A stretch of DNA of 64,000 bases from an uncultured Candidatus Saccharibacteria bacterium. Lineage in GTDB: Bacteria > Patescibacteriota > Minisyncoccia > Phycocordibacterales > UBA9973. Shown piece by piece: positions 18,697-28,613 of this stretch. Location of the stretch: NCBI GenBank assembly GCA_964469225.1, contig CAYXYC010000001.1:27556-91555 (forward strand), read 5' to 3'. The number at the start of each line of letters is the position of its first letter. Positions within the stretch are counted from its first letter, which is position 1. The translations under genes and the position numbers were made by a program. The notes beneath the pieces are model-generated. The model did no database searches, had not been told where the DNA came from, and saw only the letters and a list, made by a program, of their open reading frames with translations.

Positions 18697-20112
18697 ATGA
18701 AATATATTTTTTCTTTATTTATTTTATCAATCTTTGTAACCCCTTTTGCGGGAATTGTTTCGCAAGCCGAATCTGCTAACGATTGCAAGGTTCTTTCAGC
18801 AGAATGGAGTCAATCAGGAGATATGCCTAGTGGGTGGTTTAAGGAAGAACGAACCCCGATTAACATAATAACCAAAACACAAGGATGTGTTGGACAAGAA
18901 CTTAATTTGAGTATTTTTGAGGGAGATACATGTGGGATTGAGTGTGACGATGACCTTGTTGGCTTTTACCGTAGACCAATTCTTGTGCCAACAGACAATT
19001 TCTCGGTAAGAATTGGTCTTGGGGAAGACGAATGTGAAGCTGGTGCAACTGCTTCTATTGGGTATGATTGCCATTTGTTTTTCTATTGGCGAAACAATGC
19101 GATGGATCTTCTTTATAATTCATGGCACAAGGTAAGTGGTGATCTTTTTTATGAGTGTGATGGCCTTTGTGATACTGATCCAATACTTGTTTCTATTATT
19201 CCAAACGGAAACACAACAACACGGGTTAGTGTTGATCCTAATAAATCAACGGGTGTTCACAAAGAAGTTTATAATCTTCTAGCGCCTATTGGAGACCTGA
19301 GGTGTATTGATGATGGATCAGGAACACCTGGTACAAACTGCGTGAAGGGTGGCGCTGGGGTATATTTAAATACAATTTTCAAAATTGCTATTGGGCTTGC
19401 AGCAGCACTTGCTGTTGTTATGATTGTTATTAATTCTGTTTCATATATGGGAGATGAATCAGTTTTTGGTAGAACAGAAGCAAAGAGCAAAATTCTCTCT
19501 GCTATTGGCGGACTACTACTTGCACTTGGCGCATATGCATTACTAAACACTATTAATCCAGCGCTGACAGGCGTAGGTGGGGTACAAATTGACCAAGTGG
19601 TTGCTGAGGTGGATGAAGACCCTATTCTTGAAGATAGCCCAAATCTTGTTCTCCAAACTGGAGCAATTGCTCGTTGCCCTGACGGAATATCAAAAACCAT
19701 TACAAAGGGCGGAACATTCTATGTTTGTAATTCTCTTGTTGGGCGATTTAAAACGATGATAGAAGACGCCTGGTCACAAGGAATTAAAATCTCTGGTGGA
19801 GGATTCCGAACCAAAGAGGCGCAAATTGCCCTTCGAACAAAAAACTGTGGTGGATCAGGAAATGTATATAATTCAAACGCAAAATGTACTCCCGTAACAG
19901 CCGTTCCTGGTACATCAATGCACGAGAGCGGAATGGCTTTTGATTTTAAGTGTGACGGAAAACTTATTAATATTGGTACTGGTCGAAAAAATAAGTTCGC
20001 AATTAATGCAAGCACAAAAAAATGTTTTGACTGGCTGTCGTCGAATGCCGGAAAATACGGACTAAAAAATCTGCCAAGTGAAAATTGGCACTGGTCAACT
20101 AACGGTAAATAA
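18697..20112 (+). CDS. Cys-rich N-domain + VirB2/TrbC-type pilin domain + M15B (VanY-like) D,D-carboxypeptidase fusion
   Basis: Pilin segment YLNTIFKIAIG...AVVMIV...AK..I..AIGGLLL....Y.LLNTINP; peptidase motifs GFRT..AQ, PGTSMHESGMAFD, ENWHW. Confidence 0.75.
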   Translation: MKYIFSLFILSIFVTPFAGIVSQAESANDCKVLSAEWSQSGDMPSGWFKEERTPINIITKTQGCVGQELNLSIFEGDTCGIECDDDLVGFYRRPILVPTDNFSVRIGLGEDECEAGATASIGYDCHLFFYWRNNAMDLLYNSWHKVSGDLFYECDGLCDTDPILVSIIPNGNTTTRVSVDPNKSTGVHKEVYNLLAPIGDLRCIDDGSGTPGTNCVKGGAGVYLNTIFKIAIGLAAALAVVMIVINSVSYMGDESVFGRTEAKSKILSAIGGLLLALGAYALLNTINPALTGVGGVQIDQVVAEVDEDPILEDSPNLVLQTGAIARCPDGISKTITKGGTFYVCNSLVGRFKTMIEDAWSQGIKISGGGFRTKEAQIALRTKNCGGSGNVYNSNAKCTPVTAVPGTSMHESGMAFDFKCDGKLINIGTGRKNKFAINASTKKCFDWLSSNAGKYGLKNLPSENWHWSTNGK

Positions 20113-20115
20113 TTT

Positions 20116-21393
20116 ATGCCACGAAAAACAATAATTATTTTCATATCGGTCTTTCTGGTCATTGGTGGAGGAATTTTTATCTACTCTCGTTTTGTTTCAA
20201 CGCCAACACAAAACACAAACACCACACAAAATGGAGACTATAGACCATTTGGATCTACGACAGAAAACGGATCAGGGAGTATCTCTGGAGTTATTTCTCA
20301 AACCATCAACACAATTTTGGGTGGGGTAGGACTTTCGTCTGACGCAAATCGTTTCCAAAAAATAACAGATTTTCCTATTGCTGGAGTGACATTCTTTATT
20401 GATACTCGAAAGGTTGAGCAGTCACAACAAGCAACAAACCCCGACGGAACAGCAACACAGACAGCAGGTGATGCCCAGTTTGTTTCTGTGCCATCACTCC
20501 GCTTTGTTAATCGAATCACCGGACATCTTCACCAGATGTATTTAGACACAAAAATATCAGGCGTTGTTTCAAACTCAACAATTCCTTCTATCCATGAGGC
20601 ACTATTTGCAAACAACGGTAAAACTGTTTTTTATAGATACCTTGATACTGACAACAAAACAATAAACACCTTCACTGCAACACTTGGTGCAAATCGTGGT
20701 GAATTTATGCCAGATAATATTCTTAATATGAGTGTGTCATCCGATGGTCAGAAAGTATTTTATATTACAAAAGATGCAAATGGTGTTCGTGGTGCAATTA
20801 AAAACATCACAACAGCTAAAAAATCAGATATTTGGTCATCACCGCTCTCTGAGTGGACTTCAAAATGGGGGAAGGGAGAAACGGTCTATCTAACAACAAA
20901 ACCTTCCCAGCTTGCAAATGGAGGACTCTGGAGTCTCAACACCATAACAGGCGCAACAACAAAAATATTAACGGGAATACCTGGTCTTACAACACTCACG
21001 AGTCCTGATGGGAACAGTGTGCTATATAGTATCTCAACAACAAATGGACCTCGCCTTGGCATCTATTCAATCAAAAAAAATGAATCCACCGATCTTTCAA
21101 TATATGGACTACCAGAGAAGTGTATTTGGACAAAATCATCTCTATCTATTTATTGTGCTTCACCAACTGGAATACAAAGTGGTTTGTATCCAGATGATTG
21201 GTATAAAGGAGTAACATCATTTGCTGACCGATTTATTCGCATCAATATTGATACAAATACAATTGATACTGTTTCTGAGGGACCAGAAACTGAAATAGTT
21301 GATGGAACAAATCTAATTCTAAACGACACAGAAAAAATACTTTTCTTCACAAACAAAAAAGACTCCGCACTATGGAGCCTCTCTCTTGAATAA
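20116..21393 (+). CDS. Membrane-anchored TolB-like beta-propeller protein
   Basis: N-terminal TM; SSDGQKVFY and SPDGNSVLY blade motifs; EKCIW...IYCA, PDDWYKG. Confidence 0.65.
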   Translation: MPRKTIIIFISVFLVIGGGIFIYSRFVSTPTQNTNTTQNGDYRPFGSTTENGSGSISGVISQTINTILGGVGLSSDANRFQKITDFPIAGVTFFIDTRKVEQSQQATNPDGTATQTAGDAQFVSVPSLRFVNRITGHLHQMYLDTKISGVVSNSTIPSIHEALFANNGKTVFYRYLDTDNKTINTFTATLGANRGEFMPDNILNMSVSSDGQKVFYITKDANGVRGAIKNITTAKKSDIWSSPLSEWTSKWGKGETVYLTTKPSQLANGGLWSLNTITGATTKILTGIPGLTTLTSPDGNSVLYSISTTNGPRLGIYSIKKNESTDLSIYGLPEKCIWTKSSLSIYCASPTGIQSGLYPDDWYKGVTSFADRFIRINIDTNTIDTVSEGPETEIVDGTNLILNDTEKILFFTNKKDSALWSLSLE

Positions 21394-21401
21394 TATCTCT
21401 A

Positions 21402-21866
21402 TTATTCAGAAATATATTTGATAACAACCTTGCGGTTAGGACCGTACCCTGTTGATTCGGTTTTAATATCTTTGGCGTTTTCAAGGAAAAGGTGAATGAT
21501 TCGTCGTTCGTGCGCTGGCATTGGGTCAATTTCTATATTGCTCTTAAAATAACGGGCTCGTTCAGCCATCATGTGCGCCATCGCTTTCAAACTATCAAAC
21601 TGTTTCTTTTGATATCCATTTACATCAACAGTAAAACGATTGGTTATCATGTCACCTTCAGGTAGATCTTTTTCAAGAATTTTACGGACGATATGATTAA
21701 GAGACCGAAGTGTCTCCCCATCACGACCAATCATAAACCGAGAATCGGGTGTTGAAACCGCGCACCAAAGCATTCCGTTTTCATCAGAAAAATCAAATCC
21801 CGAAATCTCACAGCCGGTGTGAAAAAATATGTCTTCTATAATTTTCTTGATTTTATCTTGGTTCAT
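21402..21866 (-). CDS. jag: KH-R3H RNA-binding protein (short Jag/EloR)
   Basis: IGRDGETL.SL, VDVNGY, PM.AHERRIIH, TESTG.GP.R; downstream of yidC. Confidence 0.85.
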   Translation of the reverse strand: MNQDKIKKIIEDIFFHTGCEISGFDFSDENGMLWCAVSTPDSRFMIGRDGETLRSLNHIVRKILEKDLPEGDMITNRFTVDVNGYQKKQFDSLKAMAHMMAERARYFKSNIEIDPMPAHERRIIHLFLENAKDIKTESTGYGPNRKVVIKYISE

Positions 21867-21872
21867 ATATAT

Positions 21873-22601
21873 CTACGCAAGTGTCTTGCGAACACGCCAC
21901 TCTTGGATGATTGTAAATATATTACTTGTAATCCAATAAAGCGCAATGGCTGCTGAAATTTGGTATGCAATAAAAGCAACAAAAACAGGAAGCACATAGC
22001 GAATATTCATTTGCATACTTTCTGCTAATTGTTCTTGGAATGTTTTTGGTTGAGCGGCAGTTTGTTCTGTAACAATATCAACCTTCTTCTGTGCAAGTGG
22101 GGAAGAAAGTTTTCCTTGTATAAACTGAGAAACTCCGGCCAGAAGCGCAAGAACAATACTTTTACCATGCAAATCAATGCCGAGGAAAAAGGCGTTTAGT
22201 TGCTCTGGTTTGGTAATAAACGAATAGAGCGGTGTCGCATCAAAAGAAAGACCCTTATAAAATACATAATAAAGGGCGAAAATTACTGGTAATTGAAGAA
22301 TAATTACCAAGCAACCAGAAAAAGGGTTTACATTGTATTTTTTATATAATTCAAAGGTTTTTCGTGCTTGTTCTTCTTTATTAGGGAAATCTTTCTTTAT
22401 AGCCTTTAATTCTGGCTCAATGCGTTTTGTGAGAATCTGGCTTCGGATTGATTTCTTTGTAAGAGGGGAAAGAATGGTCTTAACAAGAATTGTTAAAATA
22501 ACAATCCCTAAACCAATATTTCCAGCCGTTATTGTGCTAACAATAAAAATGAGCGTATTGTATATCGGCTCATATAAAAAAGTATTCCATAGTGATGACA
22601 T
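21873..22601 (-). CDS. yidC: Membrane protein insertase YidC/Oxa1
   Basis: LYKKYNVNPFSGCL..ILQLPV, ALYWITSN; canonical operon position. Confidence 0.93.
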   Translation of the reverse strand: MSSLWNTFLYEPIYNTLIFIVSTITAGNIGLGIVILTILVKTILSPLTKKSIRSQILTKRIEPELKAIKKDFPNKEEQARKTFELYKKYNVNPFSGCLVIILQLPVIFALYYVFYKGLSFDATPLYSFITKPEQLNAFFLGIDLHGKSIVLALLAGVSQFIQGKLSSPLAQKKVDIVTEQTAAQPKTFQEQLAESMQMNIRYVLPVFVAFIAYQISAAIALYWITSNIFTIIQEWRVRKTLA

Positions 22602-22670
22602 CTCTCTATTGTATAGGAAAAGAAGCCATCATAAAAGGTTGATTTATTTAAAAGTCGTTGTTTGCCCTTT

Positions 22671-22877
22671 TTAAATTAGGGGATCGTAACGGTTTTTCTG
22701 CCAAGGATGACACCTGGCAATTCTTTTACACCCAAGCCAAAAGCCCATTAAAAATCCATATTTTTCAATGGCATTTTTTGTATATTCGGAGCATCTTGGA
22801 ATAAAAACACAAGATGAGTGGCTCTGTGCGGGGGTTGATTGGTAAAGAGATATGAGGAATATGGCTAGTTTTTTCAT
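22671..22877 (-). CDS. yidD: Membrane protein insertion efficiency factor YidD
   Basis: C.F.P.CSEY...AI.KYG...G.....RI.RCHPW. Confidence 0.92.
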   Translation of the reverse strand: MKKLAIFLISLYQSTPAQSHSSCVFIPRCSEYTKNAIEKYGFLMGFWLGCKRIARCHPWQKNRYDPLI

Positions 22878-22878
22878 T

Positions 22879-23196
22879 TTAATATCTCACCTTACGCAAA
22901 AGTGCATCCATGTCGTTTTTTATATCTTGGGTTGTGGCTTTTGATGCCTCGTTTTTAAAGAAGAAAATCGCCGTAATTGGTGGCAGACTTAGTGTTCTAA
23001 GGACATTATATCCTTTTCTTCTAAGGCTATTTCGCTTAACAGCCCTTTTTTCAACGCCTTTTGGGACAACACAAGCATACCTTGGTCCGCCGTAAGCCAT
23101 AAATCGCAACGAAAAAAGCGGGGAAGAGATTACTTTCCCGTCTTTCATAAGAGAAAGGAATACATCCTTCGTTACCCGCTTTTTCTTTGGAATCAT
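22879..23196 (-). CDS. rnpA: Ribonuclease P protein component
   Basis: Start MIPKKKRV (ATG at 23196); K..AVKRN.LRR motif; between rpmH and yidD. Confidence 0.88.
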   Translation of the reverse strand: MIPKKKRVTKDVFLSLMKDGKVISSPLFSLRFMAYGGPRYACVVPKGVEKRAVKRNSLRRKGYNVLRTLSLPPITAIFFFKNEASKATTQDIKNDMDALLRKVRY

Positions 23197-23209
23197 TGAA
23201 TTATAAGGC

Positions 23210-23350
23210 TTATTTTGCGATTGAGACCTTTTTTCGGCCCTTAGCACGGCGACGAGCTGTTACCTTTTTGCCGCCAGGAGTTTTTGCGCGAGAAAGAAAA
23301 CCGTGGGTTTTCGCTCTTTTTCGCTTGTTTGGGTTGTATGTTATAGACAT
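23210..23350 (-). CDS. rpmH: 50S ribosomal protein L34 (absent from the ORF track, 46 aa)
   Basis: Manual translation [46 protein letters not shown]. Confidence 0.95.
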   Translation of the reverse strand: MSITYNPNKRKRAKTHGFLSRAKTPGGKKVTARRRAKGRKKVSIAK

Positions 23351-23481
23351 ATTAGGAAATATATAACAAAATCAGTCATTATGCAATGTTTTGTTTCGTA
23401 TGTTACTATCCACACATTATTAACAGGTTAATCCAGATATTGAATAAATCCCTGTTTTCAAATGAGAGTATACTAGAATGT

Positions 23482-24828
23482 ATGAATACAAAAGAATTAT
23501 GGAACAGCTGTCTTTCTGATATTGAACTTGGTATTTCAAAAGCCAATTTTACAACATGGTTCAAAAATACTCTGATTGTAAAAGAAGACGCTGGAACAAT
23601 TTATGTTGGTGTACCAAATGAGTTTGTAAAAGATTGGCTTTACAATAAATTCCATAAATTAATTTTGAAAACCCTTATGGGCTACGAAGAGAGTGTTAGG
23701 AGTGTTGAATATATTATTCACAAGCACGAGGCTGGTACGCGACCATCATACAACGAACCTGTAAAAAATATAATAAACAAAGAACTTCCACTTAACGACC
23801 TTTATACCAACAAAGAAGATAATTTGAATCCTAAATATACATTTGATTCCTTTATTGTTGGGCCATTTAATGAACTCGCCTATGCTGTTTCGCAGGCAAT
23901 TATTTCAAATCCAGGGCATGGATATAATCCATTCTTTGTTTATGGGGGAACGGGCTTAGGTAAAACGCACATGATTCAAGCAATCGGAAATGCTATAAAA
24001 AAGAATTACCCCGATAAAAAAATCTATTATGTAAGTCTTGAAAAATTCACTATTGATTATGTGAACTCAATTCAAAGTAAAAACCCAAACTCATTCAAAG
24101 AAAAATACAGAAAATATGATGTCATCATAATGGATGATATCCAATTTATTACAGGAAAAGACCGAACCCAAGAAGAGTTATTTCATTTGTTTAATATCTT
24201 TTATGAAAATAATAAACAAATTATATTTTCATCTGATAAACACCCTAATTTTATTCAAGGACTTGAAGAGAGGCTCCAGTCTCGCTTTGCATCTGGTATG
24301 ACGGTTCAAATAACAGAACCAGATTATGAGTCACGAATTGCAATTATTAAAGCAAAATTTGAATCAACAAATTGTATTATTGAGCGAGAAGTTGTGGAAT
24401 ATCTTGCTGAAGCCCTAGAAGGGAACATTCGAGAACTCGAAGGAAGCCTAAACACAGTTGTAATGCAATCACAATTAAAAAATAAAGCCTTGTCTCTTAA
24501 TGAAGTAAAAACCCTTATAAAAAACAACATAAAACCAAAGAAAACAGTTGCAATAAAAGACATTGTTCAGTGTATTGCTGAATATTACAATATTTCTGAA
24601 TCAATAATTTACGAAAAAACAAGACGAAAAGAAATTGTTAGAGCGCGACAGGTTGCGATGTATTTATTGCGTGAAGATTTTAATATTTCCTATCCTTTAA
24701 TTGGACAAAAAATGGGAGGAAGAGATCACACAACTGTTATTCACTCACATTTAAAAATAAAAGATGATATAAAAACAGACCCGTCGTTATTACAAGAAAT
24801 AGAAAAAATTCGCATTTTATTTAAGTAG
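23482..24828 (+). CDS. dnaA: Chromosomal replication initiator DnaA
   Basis: LNPKYTFDSF, YGGTGLGKTH, DDIQFI, RL.SRF, GGRDHTTV; likely start MNTKELW at 23482. Confidence 0.97.
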   Translation: MNTKELWNSCLSDIELGISKANFTTWFKNTLIVKEDAGTIYVGVPNEFVKDWLYNKFHKLILKTLMGYEESVRSVEYIIHKHEAGTRPSYNEPVKNIINKELPLNDLYTNKEDNLNPKYTFDSFIVGPFNELAYAVSQAIISNPGHGYNPFFVYGGTGLGKTHMIQAIGNAIKKNYPDKKIYYVSLEKFTIDYVNSIQSKNPNSFKEKYRKYDVIIMDDIQFITGKDRTQEELFHLFNIFYENNKQIIFSSDKHPNFIQGLEERLQSRFASGMTVQITEPDYESRIAIIKAKFESTNCIIEREVVEYLAEALEGNIRELEGSLNTVVMQSQLKNKALSLNEVKTLIKNNIKPKKTVAIKDIVQCIAEYYNISESIIYEKTRRKEIVRARQVAMYLLREDFNISYPLIGQKMGGRDHTTVIHSHLKIKDDIKTDPSLLQEIEKIRILFK

Positions 24829-25043
24829 TGAATAAGGTGTGGAAAACAGTGTTAATTAAAAATTATAATTTGTGGGTAAAAAAACTTTCTACCCATAAAT
24901 AAAAGTTACCAACAAAAAAGTTATTACAAGCACAACAGGAAATGTAATAAATAATCTTATTTTTAAATCTTATTTTTTGAATCCACACAATCCACACCAT
25001 TAATAGTAGTAATAATGTATTTATATAAATAATACCCACATAT
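24829..25043. other. Putative oriC (dnaA-dnaN intergenic region); more DnaA-box-like sites lie upstream of dnaA
   Basis: AT-rich with clustered DnaA-box variants (tgtggaaaa, tgtgggtaa, ttaccaaca, aatccaca x2, atacccaca); ctatccaca at ~23406. Confidence 0.75.
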
Positions 25044-26141
25044 ATGAAATTTGAATGTTCAATAGAAAAAATAAAAAATGCACTCATTACCGTTGAGAGA
25101 GTAACAGGTAAAAATTTAACCCTTCCTGTTCTCGGAAGTATTTTATGGGTTGCAAGTGGTAAAACAATAAAACTACGCGCAACAAACTTGAGTGTTGGTA
25201 TTGAAATATCGCTTGATGCAAAAATAGAAAAAGAGGGTGTTGTTGCTATTCGGGGTGATATTCTTTCATCATTATTTTCTGTTCTATCTGGTGATTCAAA
25301 AGTTTCTTTTGAGTTGATTGATCAAACACTATCAGTAAAAACAAAAACAAGTACTATTCTTATTAAAACTGTTCCCCATGAAGATTTTCCAACAATACCA
25401 GTTGTTTCAGGTGATGAATATACTATTCCATCAAAAAAAATTACCGACGGAATAAAAGCGGTTTCGTATGCTGCTTCAATTTCTGAAATAAAACCAGAAA
25501 TTGGAAGTATTTATATTTATCCAGAAGATGACACACTTGTTTTTGTTGCAACAGATTCGTTTCGTCTTGCAGAAAAGAAAGTTAAAATAAAAAATAAAGT
25601 TTCATTTGATGGTATTTTATTTCCTCTTAAAAACGCTCTTGAATATATAAAAGCATTTGATTCTGTTGAAGATGATGTATTAATTACATTTCAAAAAAAC
25701 CAAATTGCTATTAAATCAGAATCTATTTATTTTACAACAAGAGTTATTGATGGAGCCTTTCCTGACTACAAACAGATTATTCCTAAAAAACCAACAACAG
25801 AAGCTATTGTTTTAAAACAAGATTTAATATCGTCTCTTAAAATATCAAACATATTTACTGATAAATTAAACCAAATTTCTTTTACAATTAGACCTCAAGA
25901 TAAGGTTTTTGAAATAGAATCAAAAAACGCTGATGTTGGTGAAAACACAACATTTATTGGAGGACAACTAACCGGTGAAGAAGTATCCGCAAACTTTAAT
26001 TATAAATATATTATTGATTCATTTAGTTCATTATCTGGAGATAGTCTTAAGCTTGAATTAAATGGAAACAATAAACCCATGATTTTGAGAGCCGTTGGTG
26101 ATGTTTCGTTTATGTATTTAATTATGCCAATGAATCGTTAA
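25044..26141 (+). CDS. dnaN: DNA polymerase III beta sliding clamp
   Basis: ATNL, VATDSFRLA, G.FPDYKQIIP, YLIMPM. Confidence 0.96.
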   Translation: MKFECSIEKIKNALITVERVTGKNLTLPVLGSILWVASGKTIKLRATNLSVGIEISLDAKIEKEGVVAIRGDILSSLFSVLSGDSKVSFELIDQTLSVKTKTSTILIKTVPHEDFPTIPVVSGDEYTIPSKKITDGIKAVSYAASISEIKPEIGSIYIYPEDDTLVFVATDSFRLAEKKVKIKNKVSFDGILFPLKNALEYIKAFDSVEDDVLITFQKNQIAIKSESIYFTTRVIDGAFPDYKQIIPKKPTTEAIVLKQDLISSLKISNIFTDKLNQISFTIRPQDKVFEIESKNADVGENTTFIGGQLTGEEVSANFNYKYIIDSFSSLSGDSLKLELNGNNKPMILRAVGDVSFMYLIMPMNR

Positions 26142-26142
26142 T

Positions 26143-26406
26143 ATGGATACAACTCATATTTCAGAACTCCTCGGTAAAATTAAAAAAACACTTTTTAAAA
26201 ACGAAGAGGTGTATCAAAACATTAGTAATATCGTTTCTAAGCACATAGGTTTTCCTCTTGAAATAAGTTCAATAAAAATTAAAGGAACAGTTATTTATGT
26301 AAAAGAATCACCACTTATTAAAAGTGAAGTTTTTATTCATAAAGATGGGATTCTTTCAGACTTAAAACTAATTATTACTGACAGAGTTTTTACAGATATA
26401 AGGTAG
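26143..26406 (+). CDS. Small protein after dnaN, possibly DciA/DUF721-like
   Basis: 87 aa, coupled to dnaN; IKIKGTVIYV..SP.IKSEV......IL pattern. Confidence 0.45.
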   Translation: MDTTHISELLGKIKKTLFKNEEVYQNISNIVSKHIGFPLEISSIKIKGTVIYVKESPLIKSEVFIHKDGILSDLKLIITDRVFTDIR

Positions 26407-26407
26407 T

Positions 26408-28564
26408 TTAATTAATTGGCTTGTCGTCAATTTGTGGAAGAGTAAACCCCGGGTGTGACGCCCACCAATTTATAACTCCATATTCCCAATTATTAAATTG
26501 AGAATCCTTTTCTGGATTCGATGGTTTTCCGCCTTTTGGATTATTTTTATCAATCCAATATAAAATTGTGTGAACTCCACTCATACCCGCGTCTTCTTCA
26601 TTACTTAATCCACCACGAAGAATAATTGGGAGAGATTGATCTATTGGGTCTGGGTCTTCAAATGGCTCAACAGGTGTTGTTTTTAATGCTTCTCTCATAA
26701 TTGCATTCCAAATTGGACCAGCAAGCGCAGCACCACCTTTTTTCATCGGTGTATTATCATTGTTTCCAACCCAGACACCAACCGTTGCTGTTGGTGTATA
26801 ACCGATTGTCCAAGCGTCCTTGTTGTTGTTTGTAGTACCTGTTTTAACTGCCACATCATACCCTCCTACGACAAGCGGAGAGTTGGCACCAAAGGTTGGT
26901 GTTCTTGCGCCATTATCAGAAAGAATATTTGAAATTAAGTGTGTGATGTTTGGATCGAGAACTTCGTATGGATGAGCTCTATATTCTTCTATAATCGTCT
27001 TGTTGCCATCTTCAATAGATAAAACGGGTGTTGCCTCATTACGAACACCGCTGTTTGCAAAAACACTATATACAGATGTCATATCAAGAAGTGTTGTTTC
27101 TCCACCTCCAATAACAAGTGACAGTCCGTATCTATCAGGATCATTCAAGCTCGTAATACCTAAATTGTGAGCAAGTTTAATTGAATCTTGAACCCCAGCC
27201 AAGTAGAGCAACTTAACCGCAATTATGTTAATAGATTGAGCAAGAGCGTCTTTGAGTATCATTGGTCCACGAAAGGCATTGTCGTAGTTGTCTGGGTTAT
27301 AACACTCAGCATTTTTTACGAGAGGTTTTCCAGTTGGTCCACATGATGGATTAAATTCTGTTCTAGTGTCAAATAAAATTGTTTTTGGTGTGTATCCTTT
27401 TGTAAATGCGAGCGCGTAAACAATTGGTTTAAATGACGAACCAGGTTGGCGTAGTGCTGTTGCAACATTAAAGTTACCATCAATTGTTTTATCAAAGTAA
27501 TCACGAGAACCAACCATCGCTAAAATCTGTCCGGTTTTTGGGTCAATTACAACAATAGCGGTATTTTTACCATTCCAGTTTTTCTCATTTTCTTTTGCAT
27601 GTGTAAGGGCGATTTCTTCGGCTTTCTTTTGCAATTCATAATCAAGTGTTGTAACAATTTTTAAACCACCAGAATCAAGCATTTCTGGTCCGTATTTTTT
27701 CTCAATATAATCTTTCACAAAAAACACAAAATGTGGCGCAGCAATGTGGGTTGGTTGTTGTGGGAGAAAGACAACTTGTTCAGCGAGCGCTCTCTGGTGT
27801 TCTGTGTCGGTAATAAAATGAAGTTCTGCCATTCTTTTTAATACAAGGTTTTTGCGTTCCTCAAGTTTGTTTCTGTTTTTACCATACGGTGAATAATATG
27901 TCGGGCCATTTGGAATTGCCGCCAAATAGGCCGCCTCAGCTAATGTTAAATCAATGGGTTCTTTACCAAAAAAAGTTTTTGATGCTTCTTCAATACCATA
28001 TTTATTTCCACCATATGGTGCTTCGTTGAGATAAAGAGCCAAGATGTCGTCCTTACTCATAACCTTTTCAAGTTTCATTGCCAAAATCCACTCCTTTATT
28101 TTTCGAGTGACAGACCTCTTGCTTGTTAGAAGAGTGTTTTTAATTAACTGTTGAGTAATTGTTGAACCACCCTGTACCCTCTTGCCAGTAATTTTTGCCC
28201 AAACAGTTGCACGAATAATAGAAGTGATGCGAACCCCTTTGTGTTGGTAAAATTCCGAATCCTCAATCGCCACAGTCGCGTTCTTGATATTTGTTCCCAT
28301 TTCTTCGTAGGGAATAATTGTTCGTTTGGTGTCTTGATTTACATCATACAAAAGAACTGTGCCGGTGCGATCGTAGATTTTTGTTGAACTTTGGACCTTG
28401 CGATCAGTAAAGGATTTAAAATCTGGAAGTTTTATAAATGACAGCCAAATAATAAAAATACTAATAAAAAAAATAAACAAGCTAGCGCCAAGTAGCAACC
28501 AGCTTTCGCGGGAGTGGTTCTTAAAGTAGGCGAGATATTTGTGCATATACGATAATAATACCAT
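26408..28564 (-). CDS. Class A penicillin-binding protein (transglycosylase/transpeptidase)
   Basis: AIEDSEFYQH, GGSTITQQL, RKIKE, YLNEAPYG, QPGSSFKP, KTGTT. Confidence 0.93.
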   Translation of the reverse strand: MVLLSYMHKYLAYFKNHSRESWLLLGASLFIFFISIFIIWLSFIKLPDFKSFTDRKVQSSTKIYDRTGTVLLYDVNQDTKRTIIPYEEMGTNIKNATVAIEDSEFYQHKGVRITSIIRATVWAKITGKRVQGGSTITQQLIKNTLLTSKRSVTRKIKEWILAMKLEKVMSKDDILALYLNEAPYGGNKYGIEEASKTFFGKEPIDLTLAEAAYLAAIPNGPTYYSPYGKNRNKLEERKNLVLKRMAELHFITDTEHQRALAEQVVFLPQQPTHIAAPHFVFFVKDYIEKKYGPEMLDSGGLKIVTTLDYELQKKAEEIALTHAKENEKNWNGKNTAIVVIDPKTGQILAMVGSRDYFDKTIDGNFNVATALRQPGSSFKPIVYALAFTKGYTPKTILFDTRTEFNPSCGPTGKPLVKNAECYNPDNYDNAFRGPMILKDALAQSINIIAVKLLYLAGVQDSIKLAHNLGITSLNDPDRYGLSLVIGGGETTLLDMTSVYSVFANSGVRNEATPVLSIEDGNKTIIEEYRAHPYEVLDPNITHLISNILSDNGARTPTFGANSPLVVGGYDVAVKTGTTNNNKDAWTIGYTPTATVGVWVGNNDNTPMKKGGAALAGPIWNAIMREALKTTPVEPFEDPDPIDQSLPIILRGGLSNEEDAGMSGVHTILYWIDKNNPKGGKPSNPEKDSQFNNWEYGVINWWASHPGFTLPQIDDKPIN

Positions 28565-28613
28565 AGTGTTTTACTCGGCGGACAAAGAAATAGAAGTGTG
28601 ATAAAGTATACCT

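Noticed and set aside
23386-23481. N-terminal extensions given by the ORF track for dnaA (also tsaE, rnpA, rplS, ruvX)
   Set aside because: They cover promoter, terminator or neighbouring-gene sequence; downstream ATGs fit the family N-termini better
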